From Calditrichia bacterium (lineage in GTDB: Bacteria; Calditrichota; Calditrichia; RBG-13-44-9), in NCBI GenBank assembly GCA_037381445.1, contig JARRQT010000047.1, positions 1 to 23,105 of the forward strand: 23,105 nt of DNA. The letters are read 5' to 3'. The notes beneath the pieces are model-generated. The model searched no databases. It worked only from the letters and a program-made list of their open reading frames with translations, and was not told the origin of the DNA. This document shows, one piece after another, positions 8,166-17,209 of this stretch; position 1 is the stretch's first letter, and every line of letters starts with the position of its first letter. The position numbers and the translations under genes are program-made.

Positions 8166-9199
8166 GGCAGCACAATTCCTAAACTAATCCGCTGAACATT
8201 TCCGAGATAGGTGCCCATGGCTCCGTAACTGTAATCCGCTGAAATCTGCATGCCTTCCAGGGGATATCTGAAGCCGGCACCCAATGTTAGACCATCGAAA
8301 TCGTAATTAAATTTATAGCCTCCCCGCAGGGCAAATATGCCGGCGTATTCATACTCTATCCCCACATGCATCTGCTGGGCGTAATCATTGGGATGGAATA
8401 TATCATATGCCACACCCACCCGGTTCTCCCTGCTTCCTGTGACCAGGAGTCCCTCGGGCCCGATGATATCCGCGCCGACCCCGAAACGGAAGAGCAGGGG
8501 AACGGGATTCGATTCTTTGGCATATTTCACATCGGCGCCGAAATTTTGCACCGCAGAACCGACGAAAACCGAACGATAGCCGGTGTTGTAACGAATTCCG
8601 AAATCGAACAGCAAACCATTTGCCCAGGTGTTTACTTCCTCATACTCGCCCTGACGGACCTGGGCATTGATCCTTTGACCATTGTACAAGGATTCGTGGG
8701 CGAATTTAATACTTGCCCCTATCGAGAACCTGTCTGTCATGTAGCGTGCGTAGGATATTCCGACCAGATAACTGTAGGGGTTAAAGGTTCTTCCCGTCAT
8801 TCCCACATTGTCAGGGTCCTTTATATAGGGACGATCATTGGTGGTTTCTTCGAACTCGCCAAAACTGACATACTGGACCTGCATGCCAATGGCCCCGAAT
8901 CCGTGAAGAGAGAGGGCATAGGAAAACGCGCCTTGCTGGGCATCGAACAGCCAGTTGATGTAGGTGGTTGAAAATCCCATCCTGTTGATGGTGGCCAATC
9001 CCGCCGGATTCCAGAACACTGCTTCCGCCCCGGTTGCCCACACCGTGTAAGCCTCTCCGAGCGCGGTGGCCCGTGCGCACGGCATCACTTTCAGAAACTG
9101 CATGGAGGTGCTTCCCACTTTCTGGGCAAATGATGGGGAAGTAAAAAGAACACCGGCCAAAAGGAAAAGAAAAAATTGTGATTTTAAGAAATTCATCAT
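8162..9199 (-). CDS. PorV/PorQ-family (UPF0164-like) outer-membrane protein
   Basis: Family-typical N-terminus QKVGSTSMQFLKVMPCARATALGEAY...AVFWNPAGLA and C-terminal strands GIEYEYAGIFALRGGYKFNYD...ADYSY...QRISLG. Start is uncertain (9214 TTG, or ATG at 9211, 9199 or 9196). Confidence 0.85.
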   Translation of the reverse strand: MMNFLKSQFFLFLLAGVLFTSPSFAQKVGSTSMQFLKVMPCARATALGEAYTVWATGAEAVFWNPAGLATINRMGFSTTYINWLFDAQQGAFSYALSLHGFGAIGMQVQYVSFGEFEETTNDRPYIKDPDNVGMTGRTFNPYSYLVGISYARYMTDRFSIGASIKFAHESLYNGQRINAQVRQGEYEEVNTWANGLLFDFGIRYNTGYRSVFVGSAVQNFGADVKYAKESNPVPLLFRFGVGADIIGPEGLLVTGSRENRVGVAYDIFHPNDYAQQMHVGIEYEYAGIFALRGGYKFNYDFDGLTLGAGFRYPLEGMQISADYSYGAMGTYLGNVQRISLGIVLP

Positions 9200-9222
9200 T
9201 GTTTTTTCCATCAAAGTTTGGA

Positions 9223-11439
9223 TTAATGAATGACGATAAACTTGCCATGGGACCTTGCGCCTGTGTCGCGGTCCTCCACAACAAAATAGTAAACACCCGA
9301 GGCGATGATCTGATTATTTACGCTGAGCTGATACCATGGATTGCCATATGTTTCCCGATTATGCTCGATTGTTCTGATCAACTGGCCGGTATAGGAAAAA
9401 ATCCTTATGGTACAATGTTTTGTTAGTCCCACAAACTGAACCCGATCGCCGATCTCTCCTGACGGATCGGAACCGCGCAAGCCGCTGGTCACTACCAATG
9501 GATTTGGAATAACATACACTTTTCCTAACGGATCAGCAGGGGGCGCCTGGGTTTCATGCACCGTCAGATTTGTCATGCCGCTCTTCCCGCCAAGCTTATC
9601 CACCGAGACCACCGCATAGGCGGCATTATCTCCCAGATTGCTTTCGGGATCGAGAAGAGAATATTCACCATCCTTAAAATACTCAGGATCGCCGATAGAT
9701 ACGGAATCGATAACCGTCCAGGGGCCCAGCGGATGGGGAGCCCGCAGTACTTCGTAATGATCCAGTTTAGCATGCAGTCTGGGACAATCAAAAGACTCCA
9801 CCTGCGGTCCCCAGATAATCCTGTTGGCTGCTGCGCGGGTGTCTTCAATACGGATTGCGGGAGCCGGAAAAGGAATCGGGATCGTATTGTAATGGCCGCT
9901 GGCAGGTTCCTCTTCCGGTTTATACTGCAGCGTATCATATTTGGCCAATGGCTGGCCTGTATACATTTCAATGGCGCGATCGGCCACATCGCGGATGGAT
10001 ACCACACCGGGAGTGACATACCAGGGCAGCGGATGATCTTTCAGATATGTGCTTCCGATGTAATCCTTTGTTCCCAAAAAATTATAATGCAGCGTGTCGT
10101 ACCAGCTCGGCACCGGGCTGAATAAAAAGCCGGCATCGACCCCGGAACGCACTGTTCCGCCGAGATCCTTGTATTTTCTGTCCCCCGCGACTCCCGGGCC
10201 ATAGCCGGCGAGCTCGGCCACGGAAAAGTGCATCGTCTGCCCGGGGGGCAGGGTATAGGGATAAAAACCGTAAGCGTGGGTTACCGGCTGCCACCAGGAA
10301 AGATTTGTGGAGCCCGTTGTTCGTCCTCTCCAGTAATCCCACAGGTTCGGATCGAATTGATCGACAAACCGGGTGGAATCATTAATACCATTCCAGATCG
10401 ATGTCTTACGGCTCAGAGCGGGATCCATCCACGTTCCGGTTTTTGAATCTCCGGGAAGATTTCCGTTCTCATAGCGGAGCAGAAACGGCTGCTTGGCTTT
10501 GTCATTTTCATCCCACATTCCTGTACTGTCATCCGGACTCCAAAAAACCTGTTTTGTCTGATCTCTGGTGCTCAGGTGTTCATAATCGTAATGCAGCACC
10601 ATGATGCCCACTGCCTGCGGAGAATCCAGGCCTCCCCGGTTGCCCGGCGCTGACCATTCATCGAAAAAATCCGGATCGGGCAGGCCGTCACGCTCGTGGT
10701 TATAACTCATCCAGCGTCTCAGGTCGAAGCGCGCAAAGTGGTCACCCAATCCGTCGGGAGGCTGTCCACGGAAGGCGCTTTCTGCCCAGGAACCATGAAT
10801 CCGCTGATAGCCAAACATTGAGGGGGCAAATGTGTTTGCAAAAGTAATAAAAAGATCAGAAATGGTGTCGTTGGTTACATTTTCAAACGAATACTCGTAG
10901 ATAATAAAACTGTCGTAACCGGGGTAACTCCACTCCCGGCTTGTCCGCGAGACCCTGACTCCCACCGGCGTGTCCCAGCTGGAGATAATGATTTCCTCTG
11001 CTTCGTCCGGATTAAAGGCAGGATTCAATTCTCCGTTTGCCAGCACCGGGTAATTCTCCGTTCTCCGCAATTCAATCGGACTGCTGTAAACGCCGGCCAC
11101 CGGTATAGGATCGCCGTTGGTATTGGAGGTTGCCCCACAGAAAGCAAAGACTCTGCCGTTTGGCCGGGTGCCGGCAATCCAGATACCGCTTCCGAAGGAG
11201 TTCTGCTGGCCGGGATAATTGATCCGATTGAGCACCATGCTGGAGTTGGGCGGCCATTCCATGGAAGGACTGCTGGGCTGAATATTACCGCCCGCATTGT
11301 AGGCTCTGCCCAGTTCACCCGTGTTGTACACGGCCTGGTGAAGCATGCCGCGCCGGTGCACCCGCCAATCCCGCTGCTGGGAAAATAAATTACCGGATGC
11401 GATAATTAAAAGAAGGATAATGAGTACGCTACGTTTCAT
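9223..11439 (-). CDS. Secreted 738-aa protein of unknown function with divergent T9SS-type C-terminal domain, encoded between the TonB receptor and the PorV-family gene
   Basis: ATG at 11439 (GGTG upstream) gives signal peptide MKRSVLIILLLIIASGNLFS. An FN3-like segment (IIW...HYEVLR...YAVVSVD) precedes a CTD-like tail VYVIPNP...CTIRIFSYTGQLIRTIEH...IASGVYYFVVE...GKFIVIH. Confidence 0.8.
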   Translation of the reverse strand: MKRSVLIILLLIIASGNLFSQQRDWRVHRRGMLHQAVYNTGELGRAYNAGGNIQPSSPSMEWPPNSSMVLNRINYPGQQNSFGSGIWIAGTRPNGRVFAFCGATSNTNGDPIPVAGVYSSPIELRRTENYPVLANGELNPAFNPDEAEEIIISSWDTPVGVRVSRTSREWSYPGYDSFIIYEYSFENVTNDTISDLFITFANTFAPSMFGYQRIHGSWAESAFRGQPPDGLGDHFARFDLRRWMSYNHERDGLPDPDFFDEWSAPGNRGGLDSPQAVGIMVLHYDYEHLSTRDQTKQVFWSPDDSTGMWDENDKAKQPFLLRYENGNLPGDSKTGTWMDPALSRKTSIWNGINDSTRFVDQFDPNLWDYWRGRTTGSTNLSWWQPVTHAYGFYPYTLPPGQTMHFSVAELAGYGPGVAGDRKYKDLGGTVRSGVDAGFLFSPVPSWYDTLHYNFLGTKDYIGSTYLKDHPLPWYVTPGVVSIRDVADRAIEMYTGQPLAKYDTLQYKPEEEPASGHYNTIPIPFPAPAIRIEDTRAAANRIIWGPQVESFDCPRLHAKLDHYEVLRAPHPLGPWTVIDSVSIGDPEYFKDGEYSLLDPESNLGDNAAYAVVSVDKLGGKSGMTNLTVHETQAPPADPLGKVYVIPNPLVVTSGLRGSDPSGEIGDRVQFVGLTKHCTIRIFSYTGQLIRTIEHNRETYGNPWYQLSVNNQIIASGVYYFVVEDRDTGARSHGKFIVIH

Positions 11440-11458
11440 ATTTATTTCACCAATTATT

Positions 11459-14401
11459 CTAAAATTCGAAAACAATTCCAAAGCCATAAGACCTGGGCTG
11501 ATTGCTGTAAATTAAAAATGACTGATCCACGCTAAACGGACCCTGTCTACCCTTATCCCACCAATAGCGAATACCGTTTTCTTTGTCGTTGACAGGATAT
11601 TTTTCATAATATTGAAGGGGAAGATTGGGATTTGTTGGGGTGGGTCTGTCAAACACATAATCGTAATTGAGAATTTTATTGTTGAACAGATTGAATACTT
11701 CCATATACAATGTAGCCTTTGCATCGAAGAAGTTCCGGATGCTCTTTGTTATCCTGAGATTGGTATTATATTCCATCGGTGCGCGCTTCACATTAATGAG
11801 CCTGATATCGGAAGGAGACGTGTACGGCCTGCCGCTTCGGACGGTGGAATACGCGGAAATATTCAGGTTTTCCAGCGGTTTGAATCCGAAAACGGACGGA
11901 CCCGAGTGGTTCGCGAATCTGTAATTGGCGGTGATGACCAGATTATGGGTGCGGTCGAAATCCAGCAGAATATCACGGGATGGCACGTTTGTCAGATCGG
12001 TAGTAACCACCCCAAGGGTATCGCGATTGAAAATCGGGGTTGCGGCCGTAGCGGTAGCGCTTTTCCCGGTGGCGTAGCTGAACTGGTAGTTAATCGAACC
12101 GGTTAATGCACCCCTTCTTTTATTTAGCATTACCCGGAATCCACGAATATCCGCATAATCAAGATTGAAATAGGAACTTACCAGATATCCGGCACGCTCA
12201 TCAACAAAATCCGACTGCTGAATAAGATTCTTGACATCCTTATAGTATCCGCTGATATCCAGGGTAAATCCTTCTCCCAGGGACTGCACAACGCCAATAT
12301 CATAGCTGTCTGTCGTCTCAGGATCAAGTTTGGGGTTACCGAGAATGAGGGGAGAATTCAGGAGCTGTCCAAGCCTTCTCGAAACGATGTACTGAAATGA
12401 GGGGCGCTGCATAAACGCACCATAATTCAAATGGAATACCGTAGCGGCAGAAATGGGGAAAGAAAAACCGATTCGGGGCTGCAGACGAACATTTACAGGC
12501 GGTTTTTTAGTTTGTGCAGCCGACGGATCAAAGCGGCCCAGGGAATCAGGCTCTCCAAAGGGTGTATAGAGATCGGGATAATAATTTACGCCGGAATACC
12601 AGGAATCAAGCCGCAGGCCGACATTTGCAATGAATCCTTCAAATTCCATTTTATCCTGCACATAGGCCGCCGCCTCGAAGGGATGCGCTGTATAGCGCTC
12701 CAATTCTCTGGTGGTACGAACATTCAGAAAGTTCGAAACATCGATGAAATAGGAATTGGCCTGCACGCCGGCATTGAACAGGTGTGACCGGGTTACCTGG
12801 CTGGTAAAAGAGCCGTCCAGGGAAAGCGTACGGGTTTTCTCCTTATCAAAGTCGTCATATCCGGCCAGATAATCCATGCGGTCCGGGGAATTATTGCTTG
12901 GGTAGGTAATGGTCTGGTTCACCCAGTTAAAATTCACCGAATCCGGAAGCACATCGGGGACAGGCGTGGCGCCCAGTTGATTATCAGTAAAAAGGGAGTT
13001 GAGTTTCAATTCATAGAAAGTGCTCTGGCTGATGGTCTTTGAAAAGCGTGCGCCCAATTGGGCGTTAGTCCTTTTTCTTTCCCGCAGGCCGGTAATCCGG
13101 TCCCATAACCATCCCTGGTAGCCGCTGACGCTGTTCTCGCTTGGGAATACATTGTCGTTTTGCCGGGTTAAGCCGCCACTGAGGCGAAGGGTTGTCTGGT
13201 TGCCAAGATCAGTGACCACATTGCCCATTGCCTGGTACTCAACATTGGGTGCTTCTGTGGGGAAGACGGTGCTTTCCCGGTTGGATCGCAGGGCAATAAA
13301 CATTCTCATTTTGTTATTAATGGGGCCGCCTGTGGCAGCTTCCAGAGAATAATCAACGTCCCCGCCGTAGGTTCGCCCGATATCTCTTTTGGTCTGCTGC
13401 CAGAGTGCCTGCGCCACCGCCAACTGTACAGTAGTGTCTCCGGCGAAACTGCTGGTCAGTCCCGAAGCCATTGATCCGTAATAGGGCTGAGATTGATCTG
13501 CATTGGGATCTCCGGTCAGCCAGACCTGCTGATTCTGAAGAAGCCGGATATAATCATTTGCGCTGGGATCGAAAACACTTGGTCCGAAGTGCTTGCGGCC
13601 CGGCGCCCGCATGCGCGATTCAATTCTTGTGGACCATCTGTCCCAACCTCCTTCTTTCATTGAAATATTAACCACCCCGGATTGTGCATTGCCGTATTGA
13701 GCGCCGAAACCGCTGGTAATCACCTCAACTTCTTCAACGCCGCTCATAATCGGCATAAAAGCCGAAGAATTATCGAGGGGATTTACGATTCCCATTCCCT
13801 GCAGGGTGTAATACTCTTCGCCCGTGCGTCCGCCCCTGAAATGGCCGTCAACCACATCGGAGGTGAGGTTCAGGACATCACCAATGTCTCTGACGCCCGG
13901 CAGTGTCTGCACTTCATCAAAACGGACAATGGCGCTGGTGGCGGTCTTGTCCCGTTCCACATCGGGCCGTTGTGCGGTAACGACCACTTCTTCCGATTCA
14001 AAAGTTTTTTCCGCAAGCTTGAAATCAATTCTGGTGGTCCTTCCGCCGTTCACCACCACGTCAATAATTTTGGTGGTTTCAAAACCGATCATGATGGCAC
14101 TGAGTTCATATTTCCCGGGGGGAACATTCAATATGTAGTAGGCGCCGTCTTCATCGGTGGCCGCACCCATTCCGCTTCCGGCAATAACGACATTGGCTCC
14201 GGGCAATGGTTCACCGGATTTGGCCTCTGTCACTGTGCCGGCTATCTTTCCAAAAGTCTGTGCAGAGACCGCATTAAAGCTCAGGAAAAGGGTAAACGCT
14301 GCCAAAACAACATACCCGGGAGACATAAATAAATACCGGAGTCTTTTTCCGCAAAAACTCCAAATTCTTTGAACATACAAAAGGAAATGCATCTTTGACA
14401 T
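11459..14401 (-). CDS. TonB-dependent outer-membrane receptor with N-terminal carboxypeptidase-regulatory-like domain
   Basis: SD AGGAG. N-domain GKIAGTVTEAKSGEPLPGANV...GAYYILNVPPGKY. TonB-box-like EEVVVTA. Plug motif EVEVITSGFGAQYGNAQSGVVNI. Barrel motifs LGNPKLDPETT and DISGYYKDVKN. C-terminal PRSYGFGIVFEF. Confidence 0.92.
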   Translation of the reverse strand: MSKMHFLLYVQRIWSFCGKRLRYLFMSPGYVVLAAFTLFLSFNAVSAQTFGKIAGTVTEAKSGEPLPGANVVIAGSGMGAATDEDGAYYILNVPPGKYELSAIMIGFETTKIIDVVVNGGRTTRIDFKLAEKTFESEEVVVTAQRPDVERDKTATSAIVRFDEVQTLPGVRDIGDVLNLTSDVVDGHFRGGRTGEEYYTLQGMGIVNPLDNSSAFMPIMSGVEEVEVITSGFGAQYGNAQSGVVNISMKEGGWDRWSTRIESRMRAPGRKHFGPSVFDPSANDYIRLLQNQQVWLTGDPNADQSQPYYGSMASGLTSSFAGDTTVQLAVAQALWQQTKRDIGRTYGGDVDYSLEAATGGPINNKMRMFIALRSNRESTVFPTEAPNVEYQAMGNVVTDLGNQTTLRLSGGLTRQNDNVFPSENSVSGYQGWLWDRITGLRERKRTNAQLGARFSKTISQSTFYELKLNSLFTDNQLGATPVPDVLPDSVNFNWVNQTITYPSNNSPDRMDYLAGYDDFDKEKTRTLSLDGSFTSQVTRSHLFNAGVQANSYFIDVSNFLNVRTTRELERYTAHPFEAAAYVQDKMEFEGFIANVGLRLDSWYSGVNYYPDLYTPFGEPDSLGRFDPSAAQTKKPPVNVRLQPRIGFSFPISAATVFHLNYGAFMQRPSFQYIVSRRLGQLLNSPLILGNPKLDPETTDSYDIGVVQSLGEGFTLDISGYYKDVKNLIQQSDFVDERAGYLVSSYFNLDYADIRGFRVMLNKRRGALTGSINYQFSYATGKSATATAATPIFNRDTLGVVTTDLTNVPSRDILLDFDRTHNLVITANYRFANHSGPSVFGFKPLENLNISAYSTVRSGRPYTSPSDIRLINVKRAPMEYNTNLRITKSIRNFFDAKATLYMEVFNLFNNKILNYDYVFDRPTPTNPNLPLQYYEKYPVNDKENGIRYWWDKGRQGPFSVDQSFLIYSNQPRSYGFGIVFEF

Positions 14402-14476
14402 TCTTTCTCCTATTGCAACAGGAAATTAATTTGTGACTTTTTAAATCATAAGTTTGGTTCGATGCCTGTTTAGAAT

Positions 14477-14508
14477 TCCCTGAAACCTTTCTCCATGTTT
14501 GTCAGGGA
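14477..14508. other. Intergenic hairpin between GH28 and the TonB receptor
   Basis: Inverted repeat TCCCTGA(AAC)...(GTTTG)TCAGGGA with no clear U-tract on the minus strand. Confidence 0.35.
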
Positions 14509-14532
14509 TATTTTTTGCCGTTCCCTTCGTGG

Positions 14533-15951
14533 TCAATTTTGTAATTGACCATTGATATATACATTTTTCATCACCAGGTTTTTATAGTATCGCAGCAGAT
14601 TTCCATCCATAACACCGTCAAAGCGGCAGTCTTCAAGATGAAAGCTGGTAACAGGAGACCGTTTATAGCCTTCCAGAGATATCCCGTAGCGGCTCTTGCG
14701 GCTGGTAACATTGCTGACATAGATATCACGGACGACGGGAAGGTGCTGGCCAACATCGCCTTCACCATAATTAAAATTGATTTTTACCACTGCATCGCTT
14801 ACCTGGCCCACCGTAACATTTCGCATATATATATTTTCAACGATTCCGCCGCGCATTGAATTGGTTTTTATCCTCAGGGCCCTTTCCAGATTCGGGCTGT
14901 CCATGGCGCAGTCTTCAACGAACACATTGCGCACATTTCCGGACATTTCGCTGCCGATCACAACACCGCCGTGGCCGTCCTTCATAGTGCATCCCTGGAC
15001 AATAATATTCTCGCTGGGCTCATTTACCCGGCGGCCGTCCGCATTCCTTCCCGATTTAATTGCAATGCAGTCATCACCCGTATCGAAGTAGCTGTTCTTG
15101 ATCAGAACATCTTTTGATGATTCCGGATCGCAGCCGTCGTTATTGGGACCATGACTGCTGATTCTGACATTTTGCACGGTGACATTCTCACTTAATACCG
15201 GGTGAATTTCCCACATTGGCGAGCGTTTTATGGTCACACTATCGATCAATATATTCCTGCACTTATACGGTTGAATGAAATTCGGACGCAGATAATGATT
15301 TTCACCAAAAACCCTGTCCGCCACCGGGATTCCCTCTTCTCCCATCCTGAACAATTCCTCGCGGTCACGGTCCTGGCTCGGCGATCCATCTTTGCTGCGG
15401 CCTTTCCAGGGCCACCAGGCGTGCTCTCCGGCCTGACCATCCAGCGTTCCGCTGCCTGTGATGGCAATATTTTCTTCATCGTAAGCGTATATGAAAGGGG
15501 AATAGTTCATGCACTCCACGCCCTCGAAGCGGGTATAAACCACAGGCAGATATTTTTGGGGATCGGTGGAAAAAAGGATGGTAGAATTTTTTGTCAGGTG
15601 CAGGTTGACATTACTCTTCAGGTGAATGGCGCCGGTCAGGAAGATTCCCTGCGGGATGACCACCCGGCCACCCCCGGCTTCGGAACAGGCCTGAATTGCC
15701 TGCGCGAAAGCGGTAGTGCAATCGGTGCTGCCGTCGCCAACTCCGCCGTATTCGATAATAGAAAAGTCATTTGCCGGAAAGGTGGGCGGAATAATATCAC
15801 TTAATATCCCGGGAACCTGCTCCCAGCCGGTGGCTGTTGAATCGGACGAAATACCCGATATCGGGAAAACGCTAAATAGCAGAAGCAGAGTTATTGCAGC
15901 TGGAAAAAGGAATTGAGAAATAACGCGGTGTCTTTGGTATCTGTTTTTCAA
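14533..15951 (-). CDS. Glycoside hydrolase family 28 (polygalacturonase, probably exo-acting)
   Basis: All four GH28 motifs are present: NNDG, GDDCIAIKSG, GHGG and LRIKT. N-terminal YGGVGDG..DCT.AF..AI..C. Hydrophobic signal segment. The TTG start is uncertain. Confidence 0.93.
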   Translation of the reverse strand: MKNRYQRHRVISQFLFPAAITLLLLFSVFPISGISSDSTATGWEQVPGILSDIIPPTFPANDFSIIEYGGVGDGSTDCTTAFAQAIQACSEAGGGRVVIPQGIFLTGAIHLKSNVNLHLTKNSTILFSTDPQKYLPVVYTRFEGVECMNYSPFIYAYDEENIAITGSGTLDGQAGEHAWWPWKGRSKDGSPSQDRDREELFRMGEEGIPVADRVFGENHYLRPNFIQPYKCRNILIDSVTIKRSPMWEIHPVLSENVTVQNVRISSHGPNNDGCDPESSKDVLIKNSYFDTGDDCIAIKSGRNADGRRVNEPSENIIVQGCTMKDGHGGVVIGSEMSGNVRNVFVEDCAMDSPNLERALRIKTNSMRGGIVENIYMRNVTVGQVSDAVVKINFNYGEGDVGQHLPVVRDIYVSNVTSRKSRYGISLEGYKRSPVTSFHLEDCRFDGVMDGNLLRYYKNLVMKNVYINGQLQN

Positions 15952-16014
15952 GGTATTCTGTTCCCGTATGTTTTATTTTACTTTTATCCTGATAAAATCC
16001 CAATGAAGCAAAAC

Positions 16015-17118
16015 CTACCGGGATGCCGTAGCAATCATCTTGTCCATTTGAAGACCGGCCATTATAAACGGACCGACGCCTTTGAGGTCATTGGAAACCA
16101 CCGGTTCGCTGATGTAGTATTTAAACGAACCATCGCGATAAGGATTCCCTCCCAGCCCGGCAACACTGCAGATGCCGTTCAGACTTATCCGGCTGTCGTC
16201 ATCCGTGCTCAGCATCTTTTTGATAATTCCGTTATATCCTTTAACGGCGGTTTCGCGATAGGTTTGATCAATATACCCTTTGCTGACAGCTTTCGCAATT
16301 GAATAAATAAACATTGCCGAGCATGAGGTTTCAAGATAGTTGCCGGAGCGTCCTCCCAGATCCACTATCTGGTACCACATGCCGCTGTTGTCCTGATATT
16401 TTCTAACGGCTTTCAGCAGGTCGGTGAGAATATAGACCAGCTGGCTTCTGTTGGGATGATCAGAAGGAATATAGTCCAGAACATCTACCAGGGCCATGCT
16501 GTACCAGCCCATAGCCCTGCCCCAGAAGTGCGGGGAACATCCCGTGACCGGATTCGCCCAGGCCTGTTTGTTGCTTTCATCCCATGCATGATAGCGAAGA
16601 CCGGTTTGGGCATCGCGGGTATGCATGTCTATCAATTTAATCTGCTTAATGACATCTTCAAAAGCATCCGGCTGTTCAAACATCAAACCGAATTCCGCGT
16701 AAAAGGGGCCGCTCATATAGATACCATCCAGCCACATTTGCCAGGGATAGCGCTGTTTATGCCAGAATCCGCCTTCGGAGGTTCGGGGCTGTTTCTGCAA
16801 TTGCTCATACAGAATTTCAGCGGCGTGTTTATATTTTTCATTTCTGGTTATTTTATATAATTGGAGTAAAACTCTCCCGGAATTTATTTTGTCGAGATTA
16901 AAATCTGTCATATGATAGGTTTTGATGCTGCCGTTTTCCTCAATAAAGGAATCAATAACTTTTGTGACATATTCCAGATATTTGGAATTGCCTGTCACCT
17001 GCCATAGGTCAAGCAGAGATTCTAAAAAAAGCCCGGTGGTATATTGCCATTTCACACCGGAATCCGGTCCGGCATAGACTAATGAAGTTCCGAGCCGTTC
17101 CATTTCCGAATCAGCCAT
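16015..17118 (-). CDS. yteR: Glycoside hydrolase family 105, unsaturated (rhamno)galacturonyl hydrolase; true start probably further upstream
   Basis: Motifs WQYTTG, NLDKINSG, GGFWHKQRYPWQMWLDGIYM, HFWGRAMGW, YLETSCSAM and VAGLGG..YRDGS..YY..E. The frame stays open upstream to 17259. Confidence 0.92.
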   Translation of the reverse strand: MADSEMERLGTSLVYAGPDSGVKWQYTTGLFLESLLDLWQVTGNSKYLEYVTKVIDSFIEENGSIKTYHMTDFNLDKINSGRVLLQLYKITRNEKYKHAAEILYEQLQKQPRTSEGGFWHKQRYPWQMWLDGIYMSGPFYAEFGLMFEQPDAFEDVIKQIKLIDMHTRDAQTGLRYHAWDESNKQAWANPVTGCSPHFWGRAMGWYSMALVDVLDYIPSDHPNRSQLVYILTDLLKAVRKYQDNSGMWYQIVDLGGRSGNYLETSCSAMFIYSIAKAVSKGYIDQTYRETAVKGYNGIIKKMLSTDDDSRISLNGICSVAGLGGNPYRDGSFKYYISEPVVSNDLKGVGPFIMAGLQMDKMIATASR

Positions 17119-17209
17119 TTTAACGGACCATTTGGTGTATTCTCCCGATTGATAATCATCGGGTCCTCCGGGAGAGCCACCGTCCTGATGACTGCAATTA
17201 ACCGATATA

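Noticed and set aside
11440..11487. Track start 11487 for the cargo protein
   Set aside because: It overlaps the 3' end of the receptor gene. The ATG at 11439 gives a clean signal peptide.
14430..14456. TTTG...TAAGTTTG resembling a Bacteroidetes -33/-7 promoter
   Set aside because: It is on the strand opposite the flanking genes, and the 15-nt spacing is shorter than the consensus.
184..16860. Numerous 60-216 aa ORFs antisense to, or in alternative frames of, the long genes (e.g. 184..642, 2760..3281, 8366..8971, 13682..14332, 15202..15804)
   Set aside because: They lie almost entirely within well-supported genes and have no recognisable motifs. The repeated antisense peptides simply mirror the sense-strand repeats.
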